Shown in pieces: positions 37,204 to 47,805 of a stretch of 64,000 bases of DNA. The number at the start of each line of letters is the position of its first letter. Position 1 is the first letter of the stretch. Under the pieces are notes generated by a model. The model worked only from the letters and a program-made list of their open reading frames with translations, did no database searches and was not told where the DNA came from. The stretch lies in sequence record NC_042116.1. The stretch is one strand, 5' to 3'. Both the position numbers and the translations under genes were made by a program.

Positions 37204-37979
37204 AATATGTAAAAGTACTGGATATTCCAGATGAAAAAAATGTTTATATAATTGGTGATATTCATGGTAATTTTGAACTATTTCAAAAGACGTTACATGA
37301 ATTAGGAATTACTGATGATGATGTATTAATTAGTGTAGGTGATTTAGTTGATCGTGGTAGAAATAATTCTAAAATGTTATTTGAATTTTTGAATAAAGAA
37401 AACCGATATATGGTATTAGGTAATCACGAAGATATGATGATGCGTGGTCGTACTAGCCGTGAATGGTATTTCAACTGGTTACAAAATGGTGGACAAACTA
37501 CATTAGATGAAATAGGTTCACCTGGAATTAACCATTTTTGTACTTTACTTGAAGATGTACCTCATATTATTGAAGTTAATCATCGTGGGTATAAATTGGG
37601 AATTGCACATGCTGGGATTCCAAATTATCCAAACGTAAGTGATTGGGAAACTATAAAGAAATGGACAGAAGAACATGGTGATTATAGACATCAACTTCTT
37701 TGGGATAGAGATGCTATTCAAATGGCTCGATATGACTTTGAATTACCAGATAATGAAAAATTAGAAAGAATTATTTCTGGTGTTGACTATGTTATTCATG
37801 GACATACAGGTGTTCCTCATAAGTTTGCATTTGGTAATAGAGTATGGATTGATACCCAATTCCGTAGTGGTCAATTTACTATTGCAACAATTGATGATGA
37901 CCATTTAATGAAGTACTACACGGTTGTACCCGATGAATGGGGTGCAGAAGTTGGTTATGAAATAAAGGAAACAAAATAA
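37200..37979 (+). CDS. Ser/Thr protein phosphatase (NinI/PphA-like)
   Basis: GDIHG, GDLVDRG, GNHE, W..NGG, HGHT. Confidence 0.92.
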   Translation: MKYVKVLDIPDEKNVYIIGDIHGNFELFQKTLHELGITDDDVLISVGDLVDRGRNNSKMLFEFLNKENRYMVLGNHEDMMMRGRTSREWYFNWLQNGGQTTLDEIGSPGINHFCTLLEDVPHIIEVNHRGYKLGIAHAGIPNYPNVSDWETIKKWTEEHGDYRHQLLWDRDAIQMARYDFELPDNEKLERIISGVDYVIHGHTGVPHKFAFGNRVWIDTQFRSGQFTIATIDDDHLMKYYTVVPDEWGAEVGYEIKETK

Positions 37980-38461
37980 TGCGTTTATATAGTATTACAA
38001 ATATGTACACTGATGGTATTCATGCAGGTATACAAACACAACATAGTACTGTTCGTTTATTCGTGAAGTATGATAAATCTCGTGGGGATTCTTTTCCACA
38101 AGAAGATATGTTATATGAATGGGCATACAATCATGAAACCACTGTAGTACTTAATGGTGGTATGCATGATTCACTTAAATCAGTACTTACAATTTTGGAA
38201 GAATGGGAACGACATAATGTAAATGAAGTACTTCCATTTGCACAGTTTTGGGAACCAGGTATTAACAATGCATTGACTAGTATTTGTATTATTATGCCAC
38301 AAGATGCTATTGATTTTATGTCTGAAATTCGTGCAAAGAAACCACGTAATGATATTATGACTCCTGAATATACAGAGTTATATCATAATATTCGAGTAGC
38401 ATATGGAAATCATGCTTTCAAATTATTTGAAACAGTTGCATTCTTACCACTAGCAAAATAA
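37979..38461 (+). CDS. Peptidyl-tRNA hydrolase 2-like protein
   Basis: GIHAGIQTQH; W...HETTVVLNGG; F.EPG.N..LTSI. Confidence 0.6.
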   Translation: MRLYSITNMYTDGIHAGIQTQHSTVRLFVKYDKSRGDSFPQEDMLYEWAYNHETTVVLNGGMHDSLKSVLTILEEWERHNVNEVLPFAQFWEPGINNALTSICIIMPQDAIDFMSEIRAKKPRNDIMTPEYTELYHNIRVAYGNHAFKLFETVAFLPLAK

Positions 38462-38470
38462 GGTAAATTT

Positions 38471-39700
38471 ATGAGTACTAAAATCCCTGAGAAGTTTTAT
38501 GTTTCACGTGTATACCGTAGTACAGAAGAAATTCTAGGTTTCATGGTAGTTGCTGATAATGAAAGTACTAAGACATTTCAAAAAGCCAAAGAACGTGCTG
38601 ATAGTTGGACACATAATTCTTCTAATCCATTGTCCCCACTTTATGTTGATAACACTCCACGTTCTGGTTTCCGTTTAGTTACAAATGTAAGTCGTTATAG
38701 TACTTCCAATGTGGTATGGCGTATTATGCACCCTGAAGGTTTTGAATTTGAAATCACTTCTGATAACATGTGTGACCTTTTAGAAACTAATACTATTGTT
38801 GAAGGTGAATTCCAAGATGAATTATTCTTCACACACAATCGTAAATTAGTTAATCAGAAGACTAAACTCTTTGCTGAAATGATTCGTCAAGAAGAAAAGA
38901 AAAAAGAAACTATTGAAAAAGTTAAAGAATTAGAACCTGGATGTATTATTGCTGTACCTAATCAGTACAGTTATCGTAATCCACCACCTCCACCTGATAA
39001 GTATGTGTACTGTGGTAAGTTCCATTCTATTAATGTTAATAGTAATAACCCGATGGTTCTTGGAGCAAAGAGTTCTTTGCGTTATGTAGTTCGTGAAGTA
39101 AGTACTGGTAACTATTATTGCCTATCTAAAATTTCTAGTGAATTTACTGCGTTGAATATACATGAAGATATTGACCGTGAAAAGGTTATACGAGAATTCA
39201 ATGAGCAGATTCGTAGTGATAAGGTACATGTTGTACGTTATTATCAAACTGGATATGTGAAAAATGCAGTTGACCCAGTTCTTATTAATGAAAAACCATT
39301 TACTAAAGATAAATTAAAAATGGAATTCATTAAACAACCTATGAAAGATATTTCAGTAATTGATGATACAAAAATCTATGTTTATAATGAACAACGAGTT
39401 TTTGGATTCGGACTTATGAATAATGGTGGTCATTTGTATGTTAACACAGATAAAAATGCGTACAGTAATCATAGCATGGTAGCTTCTAAACTATTAGTAT
39501 ATCCAATTTCATCTATTGATGAATGTAATGTTCCTCAAATTAATGTTGATTTGTCTAAACATAAAGGAATTGATAATTATAATTCTAGTAGTTCTGCATT
39601 CGGAACACGAGATCGATATGGTCGTGTTGGTAATAATAAACCAGAATTGCGTTATGTAGATATTCCAGAAAACATTGAAGTAGGATATTACACTTTATAA
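38471..39700 (+). CDS. Hypothetical protein
   Basis: 409-aa ORF. Confidence 0.8.
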   Translation: MSTKIPEKFYVSRVYRSTEEILGFMVVADNESTKTFQKAKERADSWTHNSSNPLSPLYVDNTPRSGFRLVTNVSRYSTSNVVWRIMHPEGFEFEITSDNMCDLLETNTIVEGEFQDELFFTHNRKLVNQKTKLFAEMIRQEEKKKETIEKVKELEPGCIIAVPNQYSYRNPPPPPDKYVYCGKFHSINVNSNNPMVLGAKSSLRYVVREVSTGNYYCLSKISSEFTALNIHEDIDREKVIREFNEQIRSDKVHVVRYYQTGYVKNAVDPVLINEKPFTKDKLKMEFIKQPMKDISVIDDTKIYVYNEQRVFGFGLMNNGGHLYVNTDKNAYSNHSMVASKLLVYPISSIDECNVPQINVDLSKHKGIDNYNSSSSAFGTRDRYGRVGNNKPELRYVDIPENIEVGYYTL

Positions 39701-39745
39701 AATAAATGACGTATTAAATATAGCATTGGGATAGGGAGATCTAAA

Positions 39746-40591
39746 ATGCCAAGGAAACAAATTATAAAAAAAGAACTCAATGATAAATTTTATACAAATC
39801 CAAAAATAGCAGAATATTATTTTAATGAATTGAAAAATATTTTACAACAATTTAATATTAATGTTGACTATTTCGTCGAGCCTAGTGCGGGTTCGGGGTC
39901 TTTTTCATCATTATTATCAGAAAATGATTTTGCATTTGATCTAATTCCTGAGCAACTATATGATGGAATTTTAATAAAAGAGCAAGATTGGTTTACTGTA
40001 ACTGAAAATGATTTAAAAGATGGTAAAATGTGTATTATTGGAAATCCACCATTTGGAAATAGAAATGATTTATCAAAAGGTTTTATTAAACATGCTTGTA
40101 AATTAAGTACTTGCAAAGTTATCGCATTTGTGCTACCATCTGTTTTTGATAAATTAACTATGCAAAAAGTATTTAATGATGAATGGAAATTAATCTATAA
40201 TAATTCGTTACCAGAAAATTCTTTCATTTTAGATAGTGATCCTTATCATGTACCGTGTGTATTTCATGTATGGGTGAGAGATACCGAAGATGAAATTTCA
40301 ACAAATTTGCGTGAAAAAGAAATTCCATTAGAAAATGGCATCATTGAATTTTGTTCAAAAGATGAAGCTACACATTTTGTTTTTGGGGCTGCACCACATA
40401 AAGTCATTGACAAAGATGCAGTACTAAGTAATAATAGAGGGTATTATTTCAAGTGTATAATGAATGAAGATAATGTAGTTGATTTATTTCGTACTATTTC
40501 TTGGAAAGACTACGGAAAAAGTTCAGTAAACGGTGGCGTATTTTGGGTCACTAAACAACAAATCGTAAAAATTATAACCAATATAGGATAA
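39746..40591 (+). CDS. DNA N6-adenine methyltransferase (gamma-type motif order)
   Basis: DKFYT; FVEPSAGSGSF; IGNPPFG; IAFVLP. Confidence 0.85.
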   Translation: MPRKQIIKKELNDKFYTNPKIAEYYFNELKNILQQFNINVDYFVEPSAGSGSFSSLLSENDFAFDLIPEQLYDGILIKEQDWFTVTENDLKDGKMCIIGNPPFGNRNDLSKGFIKHACKLSTCKVIAFVLPSVFDKLTMQKVFNDEWKLIYNNSLPENSFILDSDPYHVPCVFHVWVRDTEDEISTNLREKEIPLENGIIEFCSKDEATHFVFGAAPHKVIDKDAVLSNNRGYYFKCIMNEDNVVDLFRTISWKDYGKSSVNGGVFWVTKQQIVKIITNIG

Positions 40592-40596
40592 AATAT

Positions 40597-41031
40597 ATGT
40601 TTCATAATTTCGCAGAAATTCAGACAGCACAACTAAATGGTTTAGGAATGAATAACGTAAGTCGGAGTATTTTTCCACAATTTAAATCATTAAACAATCT
40701 ATCTCAAGATACATCACGTGGTTCTAATATCATTCAAGCAGTTGAATTTGGTAATAAAGTATATGGATTTTCTGTTATTAATAATTTATCCGATATTAAA
40801 ACCATTTCAATTCGTCAAAATTACAAATATGATGGTATGTTTATTGCAGAATTAAAAACTGGTAATGTTTATTCTGTAACTAATAATAACTTTATTATGG
40901 GAAGCATCACCCGCAAAACCGCTAAAAGTGGTGTGAATGCTTTGAATACAATTATTAATACTGATAGTTTACTTAAGGTTAATCTAAATCTATATCCAGC
41001 GGTTTCTGATAAACTTCTTGAGGAAATTTAA
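40597..41031 (+). CDS. Hypothetical protein
   Basis: RBS AGGA. Confidence 0.7.
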   Translation: MFHNFAEIQTAQLNGLGMNNVSRSIFPQFKSLNNLSQDTSRGSNIIQAVEFGNKVYGFSVINNLSDIKTISIRQNYKYDGMFIAELKTGNVYSVTNNNFIMGSITRKTAKSGVNALNTIINTDSLLKVNLNLYPAVSDKLLEEI

Positions 41032-42446
41032 TGAATATTTTAGATATTCTTTTAAAAATTAAAGAAACTGCAAGTACTAATTCAAAGAAAGATATTCTTA
41101 AAGAACACATTGATAATGAAGATTTGCGTCGGGTAATTAAACTTGCACTTGAACCTTCTATTGTTAGTGGTATTAAGAAAATACCTGAACCAATTAGTAC
41201 TGACAAAAGTCTTACATTATCAGAAGCACTAACATCATTAGACGCACTTTATACTCGTACTGTAACGGGTAACGCTGCTCGGACATATCTTGGAGAATTA
41301 TTAGGTTCAGTTAATGAGTTTGATGCAGATATTATCCGTCGTGTAGTACTAAAGAACTTAGATTGTGGTATTCAAGAAAAAAATGCTAATGATGTATTTG
41401 GTAAGCAATTTATCAAAGATGAACCGTATATGCGTTGTTCATTGGTAGATGAAAAAACAGTTAAAAATATTACATCTTTTAAAACTCATGGTTATGCAGT
41501 TGTTGAAACCAAGATGGATGGACAATATCTTAACAGTACTGTAGTAAATGATTCACTACTTTGTACATCACGTAATGGTAAGATTTATGATTTTCTTGGT
41601 ATGAAAGATGCTGATATGCTTCGTTTAGCTAAGAATGTTCAAGAATTAGATTCACGATTTAGTTCTGGTGTAGTATTCAATGGTGAATGCTTAGTCATGG
41701 GTGATGATGGTAACGTAGTTAATCGTGAAACTGGTAATGGTATTATTCAAAAAGCTGGTAAAGATACTATGTCTGATTCAGAAGCAATGCGTGTAGTATT
41801 TGTATTGTGGGATATTATACCGTATGATGCATTCTGTGATGGTATATGGGAAGTTGAAAGAAAAGAACGTCGTGAAATATTAGAACAAGCAATTAGTACT
41901 TTAGAATCTGAATTTGTTCGTCTAGTACAATATCGTAAAGTAAAAGATATTGGAGAAGCATTTGATTTCAATACTGAAATGATTGATTCTGGTGAAGAAG
42001 GTTCAGTACTTAAATGTGAAAGTGGTATTTGGAAATCTCATACATCACCAAAGCAATTGAAAATGAAATTGAAGATGCAATTTGATTTGCGTATTGTTGG
42101 TTTCACTGAAGGTGAAGGTAAGCGTAAGGGGATGGTAGGTGCTATTTTGCTTGAATCTGAAGATGGCATTATCACTGTAGGTTGTGGTACTGGTATTAAG
42201 GAAAAAGATCATGAATGGACATTCCAAACAATTTGGGATAAACGGGATGAACTTATTGGTAAAATTGTTATGGTTGAAAGTAATTCATTGACCAAAGAAA
42301 AACGTACTGGTAAAATGAGTATCTTCTTACCATCATTCCAAGAATTCCGTTTTGATAAAGATGTAGCTGATACATATGAACGTATTCTTGAAATTCGGGA
42401 ATCCGCAGTTCATGTTCTTCGTGAAAAGTTGGCACGGTTAGAATGA
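41031..42446 (+). CDS. lig: ATP-dependent DNA ligase
   Basis: PYMRCS; ETKMDG; FNGE; EEG.VLK; KMK; OB-fold FLPSF..FRFDK. Confidence 0.95.
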   Translation: MNILDILLKIKETASTNSKKDILKEHIDNEDLRRVIKLALEPSIVSGIKKIPEPISTDKSLTLSEALTSLDALYTRTVTGNAARTYLGELLGSVNEFDADIIRRVVLKNLDCGIQEKNANDVFGKQFIKDEPYMRCSLVDEKTVKNITSFKTHGYAVVETKMDGQYLNSTVVNDSLLCTSRNGKIYDFLGMKDADMLRLAKNVQELDSRFSSGVVFNGECLVMGDDGNVVNRETGNGIIQKAGKDTMSDSEAMRVVFVLWDIIPYDAFCDGIWEVERKERREILEQAISTLESEFVRLVQYRKVKDIGEAFDFNTEMIDSGEEGSVLKCESGIWKSHTSPKQLKMKLKMQFDLRIVGFTEGEGKRKGMVGAILLESEDGIITVGCGTGIKEKDHEWTFQTIWDKRDELIGKIVMVESNSLTKEKRTGKMSIFLPSFQEFRFDKDVADTYERILEIRESAVHVLREKLARLE

Positions 42447-42820
42447 TAATTTATACTAAAAGTTCTTTTATGGAGCCTAAACAGGTTCTATATTTTGTAC
42501 CATATTTGGACAAACATAGTTCATGGAACGGAATTATTGATTTTAAATTAATTCTCCAAAGCGAATTTATTTCAATTATTGATGTGGATACAAATGAAAA
42601 TTATATTATAAAAAATCGATACGAACGTATTGACAATACTTGGAATTCTGGTACACTATTATCATTAATGCGAGATGAGATTCAAATTGGTTCTGAAACT
42701 GAAGGGACTCGACATTCCTACAGTACTAAATTTAGATACAGTCCAAAATTGAATATTTCATCTTGTGAAAACTTTGAAGAATATATAAAGGCTCTATATG
42801 AAATTCACAGAAATTTCTGA
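42443..42820 (+). CDS. Hypothetical protein
   Basis: Overlapping start. Confidence 0.6.
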   Translation: MIIYTKSSFMEPKQVLYFVPYLDKHSSWNGIIDFKLILQSEFISIIDVDTNENYIIKNRYERIDNTWNSGTLLSLMRDEIQIGSETEGTRHSYSTKFRYSPKLNISSCENFEEYIKALYEIHRNF

Positions 42821-43601
42821 TATTCATGGTGAAATTGATTTCATAAAAGATATACCAGATCAAAAAGATACAATTCTTCTTATCCCTGGTGATATACATG
42901 AAGTAAAAACATTTTCAGCTTATAGAACAATAATTGAAATACTTGTTAACAAGTATAAAGAAGTTGTTATGGTTCCTGGAAATCATGAATATTATAAAAG
43001 TAATGTAACAAAAGTACATCGCAAATTAAAAGAACTTGATGATGAGTTCAGTACTTTTCATTTCTTGCAAGATGATTTTAGAATTTTCGAAGAAGGTGAT
43101 GAAAAGGTTCTAGTACTTGGTGGAACATTATGGACTGACTTTGAAAATGGAAATCCCTTGACAAAGTTGATGGCAAAGAGTATGATGAATGATTACCGAT
43201 ACATTAGGCATGGAACACCAGAATATTATTGGGGTCGTAAATTGATTCCTGATGATGTTGAATTTTTTCATTACAAAACTAAAAATTTTATTAAAAAATG
43301 TATTGACGAACATCGTGTTTTGTGCGATAATATAAAAACAATTGTAATGACGCATCATGCTCCATCATATCAAAGCGTTTCTGCACAATATCAAGATAGT
43401 AGTGCAAATGCATTTTATTGTTCAAATATGGATTATTATATTGGAGATATAAATCCAAATATATGGATTCATGGACATACTCATACTTCCCATGATTATA
43501 TGATTGGGAATACTCGTATTATTTGTAATCCAAGAGGATATGGTACTGGAAATGCTTATGAGAATAAAAAATTTAACAGTACTCTAACGTTTGAGGTATA
43601 A
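42798..43601 (+). CDS. Calcineurin-like metallophosphoesterase
   Basis: SDIH, PGDI, PGNHEYY, THHAP, HGHTH, NPRGY. Confidence 0.9.
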   Translation: MKFTEISDIHGEIDFIKDIPDQKDTILLIPGDIHEVKTFSAYRTIIEILVNKYKEVVMVPGNHEYYKSNVTKVHRKLKELDDEFSTFHFLQDDFRIFEEGDEKVLVLGGTLWTDFENGNPLTKLMAKSMMNDYRYIRHGTPEYYWGRKLIPDDVEFFHYKTKNFIKKCIDEHRVLCDNIKTIVMTHHAPSYQSVSAQYQDSSANAFYCSNMDYYIGDINPNIWIHGHTHTSHDYMIGNTRIICNPRGYGTGNAYENKKFNSTLTFEV

Positions 43602-43603
43602 TC

Positions 43604-44029
43604 ATGGGTAGTTCAGACTCATTAATCAAATTAATGTCAATGGTTACTAATAATGCAAAAGTAACTATCAATAACCAAACAATGTCATTTAGCGAAATGA
43701 TTGTGAAAAAAACTTCTGATGGTGGAACCGTGGTAATGATTGACGGTGTACCTGCTGTTGGTGATGATGTAATTATCAACATTGAAGTTAACGGTGATGT
43801 TCAATCTATAACATTAGGTTCTGGTACTGTAAAATGTGCTAATGTTACAAATGGTATTAAAACAGTCTCAGGTGATATATTCTGTGAAAATGTTTATGGA
43901 AATATTACCAGTACATCAGGTGATGTACAATGTGATGACGTAGCTGGAAATATAAGTACAGTTTCGGGAGATATAAATTGTGATGATATTGGCGGGAACG
44001 CAAGTACAATATCTGGAAACATTTACTAA
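43604..44029 (+). CDS. Beta-strand repeat protein (DUF4097-like)
   Basis: Tandem V.G.I.T.SGD(I/V).C repeats. Confidence 0.7.
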   Translation: MGSSDSLIKLMSMVTNNAKVTINNQTMSFSEMIVKKTSDGGTVVMIDGVPAVGDDVIINIEVNGDVQSITLGSGTVKCANVTNGIKTVSGDIFCENVYGNITSTSGDVQCDDVAGNISTVSGDINCDDIGGNASTISGNIY

Positions 44030-44041
44030 TAAGGATAAATT

Positions 44042-44701
44042 ATGACTACTAATACTATTTCTATTCCATATGTTCTAGAACGTTCTAGTGAAGGTGAACG
44101 TTCTTATGATCTAGCATCGCGTATGATGCAAGACCGCATTATCATGATTGATCATCAATTTGATGAAGCGATGGCACACGTTGTTAAAATGCAGTTAATG
44201 TATCTTGATGCACGTAGTAATAACCCTATCTCTATCTATATCTCAAGTCCTGGTGGTTCCGTACATGATGGATTGGGTATTCGTGATGTAATTGGTAACT
44301 GTCGTTCACCTATTAAAACAATTGTAATGGGTTATGCTGCAAGTATGGGTTGCTATCTACAATCAGTTTGCGGTACATCCGGTCAACGTCTAGCTGGACA
44401 AAATGCTTATATTATGGCACACCAAGTTTCCAGTGGGACTAAGGGATTAGTAACTGACCAAGAAATTGCATTAAATCATACTAAGTCTTTGAATAAATTA
44501 TTAACATCACAAATTGCTGCCGCAGTTGGTGTTACGCATGAACAATTCTTATTTGATTGTGACCGTGACCTATGGTTAAACGCCGAAGAAGCTCTTAACT
44601 ATGGTGAATTAGGATTCATTGATGGTATTCTTGTTGGCGAACGTAATGACAAAGGTCAATACAAAGTTAAACGCCGTGGTGGTTCGTTCGATTGGGTATA
44701 A
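44042..44701 (+). CDS. clpP: ClpP-like protease
   Basis: YDLASRMMQDRII; YISSPGGSV; GYAASMG; HQ; DRDLWL.AEEA..YG. Confidence 0.93.
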   Translation: MTTNTISIPYVLERSSEGERSYDLASRMMQDRIIMIDHQFDEAMAHVVKMQLMYLDARSNNPISIYISSPGGSVHDGLGIRDVIGNCRSPIKTIVMGYAASMGCYLQSVCGTSGQRLAGQNAYIMAHQVSSGTKGLVTDQEIALNHTKSLNKLLTSQIAAAVGVTHEQFLFDCDRDLWLNAEEALNYGELGFIDGILVGERNDKGQYKVKRRGGSFDWV

Positions 44702-44707
44702 TGAACA

Positions 44708-44995
44708 ATGACTAAACAACTAATTCGGGGGAGTGAACTTCCCCTTAATTCAGAAGTACTTAGTACTTCTGAGTTTATTACTGTAGCACTTGAACAGATT
44801 TCAAGTACTGCATTGGCAGTAAAGGGTTCCGATGAAGCTGAGCCAGTTCTTACAGCTATGTCAGATATTTTAGAATTAATGTGCAGTTTGTTAAAAGCAA
44901 AAAATATTGCACCAGAATTTTTATTTGAACATGCAGAAGTACTACGAAATACAGAAGGAACTTTCGAACCGAAAGTAGCAGTAACTAAGGAGTAA
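44708..44995 (+). CDS. Hypothetical protein
   Basis: ORF track. Confidence 0.6.
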   Translation: MTKQLIRGSELPLNSEVLSTSEFITVALEQISSTALAVKGSDEAEPVLTAMSDILELMCSLLKAKNIAPEFLFEHAEVLRNTEGTFEPKVAVTKE

Positions 44996-44999
44996 TACA

Positions 45000-45446
45000 A
45001 TGGCTAATAATGATCAATACAAACTAGGGTATAGTTACTTTCAAGAAAGTACTGAGTTACTATCTCCTGAGCAATTAAAACAAATGCATCCACTATATCG
45101 TCGTGGATATAGAACTGCACAAGAAGATTTGATGAAAAAAACTCATAAAAACTTCCCAACAGTTCTAAGTGATATACCTCGTATTCCAGTTGCATTTGTT
45201 CCTGAATATTCTGATATTTTAGCGGCAACTCGTCGCCCTCGTATGAATAAGTTACATCTTCCACAAATGGAGCCAGTACTTAATTTACTAATTACCTCTG
45301 TTGAAAAGAAAAAAGATCAAATTAAGCGTTATGCTGATGTTGTTCGATTGGTTGATGAAGGATTTGATGTAATTCTACAGTACGGTTATAATTGTGGGAT
45401 TTTAACTGAATACGATTTATCACAATATAATTACGAACCAAAATAA
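45000..45446 (+). CDS. Hypothetical protein
   Basis: RBS AGGAG. Confidence 0.7.
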   Translation: MANNDQYKLGYSYFQESTELLSPEQLKQMHPLYRRGYRTAQEDLMKKTHKNFPTVLSDIPRIPVAFVPEYSDILAATRRPRMNKLHLPQMEPVLNLLITSVEKKKDQIKRYADVVRLVDEGFDVILQYGYNCGILTEYDLSQYNYEPK

Positions 45447-45493
45447 CTAATCTAGGCCACTTAATTGTGGCCTTATACATTTTAGGATTCATC

Positions 45494-46057
45494 ATGAGAT
45501 TAAAGGCATTCACTTCAGAAGAAACTGATAAACTATTAGAAGATATTGAATTCATTGCAACTAATGCATATACTATTAATAAAAAAGCAGTAATTATATT
45601 AGAACTAAAACATATCCAGTACTTGGAACATTTTAAATGGACTTTTTTTCAATGGAATCCATATACTCAATCAGAGTTTATTAAATCGTTGTACACATAT
45701 AATTCTTATATTATAGAAAATATTCCAGATGACGGATTTAGTAGAAGTGTTTTTGAAGAGCATTTTATGAGTGAATACGGTAAATTTTACCGTGGAGAAA
45801 CTTTCCATTTTCGTTTATATCAACATCAATTGGAAAAATATGGAGTCCCACTAATTACTGATGAAGAATTGGAAACTATTAAGATTGCATCGACACTAAC
45901 TAGTTTTATGTACAATTATGAATTCAGAAAAACATACACCATATTAGTAAATTATGCACATAGACCATTTGAATTTGATGAAAAAGATATTGTGTGGATA
46001 GAATTGATTAATAGATATAAAAATATAGTGGAGAAACATTTATGCAATATAAATTAA
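45494..46057 (+). CDS. Paralog trio, member 1
   Basis: C-terminal YAHRPFEFDEKDI. Confidence 0.7.
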   Translation: MRLKAFTSEETDKLLEDIEFIATNAYTINKKAVIILELKHIQYLEHFKWTFFQWNPYTQSEFIKSLYTYNSYIIENIPDDGFSRSVFEEHFMSEYGKFYRGETFHFRLYQHQLEKYGVPLITDEELETIKIASTLTSFMYNYEFRKTYTILVNYAHRPFEFDEKDIVWIELINRYKNIVEKHLCNIN

Positions 46058-46566
46058 CCGAAGAACAAAGTGCAGATTTATTACTTCAATTAGAAAATTA
46101 TATTCCTATCATTTATAAAATTAATGAAGTAGCATATGAATTTATGATGAAGTACTATAAAACTTATATATCTAATGGACAATATTTTTTTATTCCTATG
46201 AATGAAAAAAAATTCTTTAGAAAGATGGGTTCTGGTTCTGAAATATTTGGTGTATATAATGATGAAATACCTTTAGTACGTGCAAGTACTAACTATATGG
46301 GATTCAATACAAAATTTCTACGAAAGCATGGAATAATTATCGAACCAATTAATGGGGAATTAATTTTTGAAGCAACTGGATGTCCAAGTATAGAGTATTC
46401 AAAAACAGTTTATGATGTTACTCAACTATTACAGTTTTTAACTGAATATAGTAATGTACCATTTACATTAGGAACTGAAGAATTGAAATTATACGAACGT
46501 GTTAAAAATGTAAATAATAAACGAATTCAAACTTTGATTAATGTGGGGATTACATATGATATATAA
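46042..46566 (+). CDS. Paralog trio, member 2
   Basis: YSNVPFTLGTEEL. Confidence 0.7.
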   Translation: MQYKLTEEQSADLLLQLENYIPIIYKINEVAYEFMMKYYKTYISNGQYFFIPMNEKKFFRKMGSGSEIFGVYNDEIPLVRASTNYMGFNTKFLRKHGIIIEPINGELIFEATGCPSIEYSKTVYDVTQLLQFLTEYSNVPFTLGTEELKLYERVKNVNNKRIQTLINVGITYDI

Positions 46567-47044
46567 GGAATTAACACAAAATCAAACTAATATTTGGATA
46601 AAGAATATCAATAAAAGTATAGAACTAAATGAATTTTTATTGGAAAAAATTAGAAATCGTTATAACTTTATGAATGATGAATATAACGAAAAATATTTAA
46701 CTGGTTGGACTAGATTTTTTTTTGAAAAAACCTGTTATGCATCACCATATAATGGATATATATATGAATATGGTCATGGTATTTTTAAATTAAGAAATAT
46801 GACGCCATTTACAAATGAAGAATTGTTGTTAGATTATCATTCCACCTTATATTTTGAAAAATGGAAAAGAAAATTAGCTTTAACACAAGAACGCTGGCTT
46901 AAATATGCTGACCAGCCATTTAAAATAGATGAAAATGATGTTATCTTTTATCAAGAATTGATAGAATTTCATTATAAGTCAATTGTAATTATAAAAAACT
47001 TAGGAATAGATAATGAAAAATTCAACTTGGATGAAGATTGCTAA
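46556..47044 (+). CDS. Paralog trio, member 3
   Basis: YADQPFKIDENDV. Confidence 0.7.
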   Translation: MIYKELTQNQTNIWIKNINKSIELNEFLLEKIRNRYNFMNDEYNEKYLTGWTRFFFEKTCYASPYNGYIYEYGHGIFKLRNMTPFTNEELLLDYHSTLYFEKWKRKLALTQERWLKYADQPFKIDENDVIFYQELIEFHYKSIVIIKNLGIDNEKFNLDEDC

Positions 47045-47489
47045 AATTGTAGCAGAAGAAAGTAAATGTATTTCACAACATGTTGGTGCCGTTATTGTAA
47101 AAAATGACCGTATTGTCAGTACTGGATATAATGGTACTCCATCTAAACAACAAAATTGTTGTGATGCAAATTCACATTTAGTTAATAATGGTTATCAGGA
47201 TTGGATTTCGGATGAAGCACGTCATGAACATCATTTATGGAGTCAACTACATGAGTTACATGCAGAGCATAATGCACTCTTATTTGCAAATCCTCTTGAC
47301 AGAGAAGGAGCAACATTGTATTGTACCTTACAGCCATGTTTCGTGTGTTCATTGTTAATTGCTGGTTCTGGCATTAAGAGAGTGATTTATGAAACTGAAT
47401 ATCATAGAACACCAAAAGAAGCTCTTGACGTTTTGAAAAATGCTGGTATAATTGTTGAAAGACTATCGGACATTGAGGAAGAAAAATGA
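47013..47489 (+). CDS. cd: dCMP deaminase
   Basis: VGAVIV...RIVSTGYNG; HAEHNAL; PCFVC. Confidence 0.9.
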   Translation: MKNSTWMKIAKIVAEESKCISQHVGAVIVKNDRIVSTGYNGTPSKQQNCCDANSHLVNNGYQDWISDEARHEHHLWSQLHELHAEHNALLFANPLDREGATLYCTLQPCFVCSLLIAGSGIKRVIYETEYHRTPKEALDVLKNAGIIVERLSDIEEEK

Positions 47490-47758
47490 AAATGCTAGTT
47501 GTTATTGTACTTGCTATTATTTTATTGGTTGCGTTAATTGCAATTTTCAAATCATTACTTGATATAAAAACTAATGAAACTAATAGTAAAAAGAACACTC
47601 GTAACTATAAAGTACGCTTTGATGCCGCAGCAGAAAAGTACTATATTGTTAATGAATTACAAACACATGATGAGCCAGTAGTTAATTGGACTGGTCGACG
47701 AGTTATGTATAAAGAAAAGCCTAAAGCAGAATTTGTAACTGAAAAATTAAATTCGTAA
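47486..47758 (+). CDS. Membrane-anchored protein
   Basis: N-terminal TM segment. Confidence 0.65.
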   Translation: MKMLVVIVLAIILLVALIAIFKSLLDIKTNETNSKKNTRNYKVRFDAAAEKYYIVNELQTHDEPVVNWTGRRVMYKEKPKAEFVTEKLNS

Positions 47759-47764
47759 AATCAT

Positions 47765-47792
47765 AAAAAAGGAGCCAATTGGCTCCTTTTTT
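47765..47792. terminator. Bidirectional terminator between convergent genes
   Basis: aaaaaaggagcc-aatt-ggctcctttttt. Confidence 0.85.
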
Positions 47793-47805
47793 GTTATATA
47801 AAATA

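Noticed and set aside
45000-45446. YFQEST as another FQxxT family member
   Set aside because: The motif is N-terminal rather than in the usual position, and its ST comes from an AGTACT site, so a chance match is likely.
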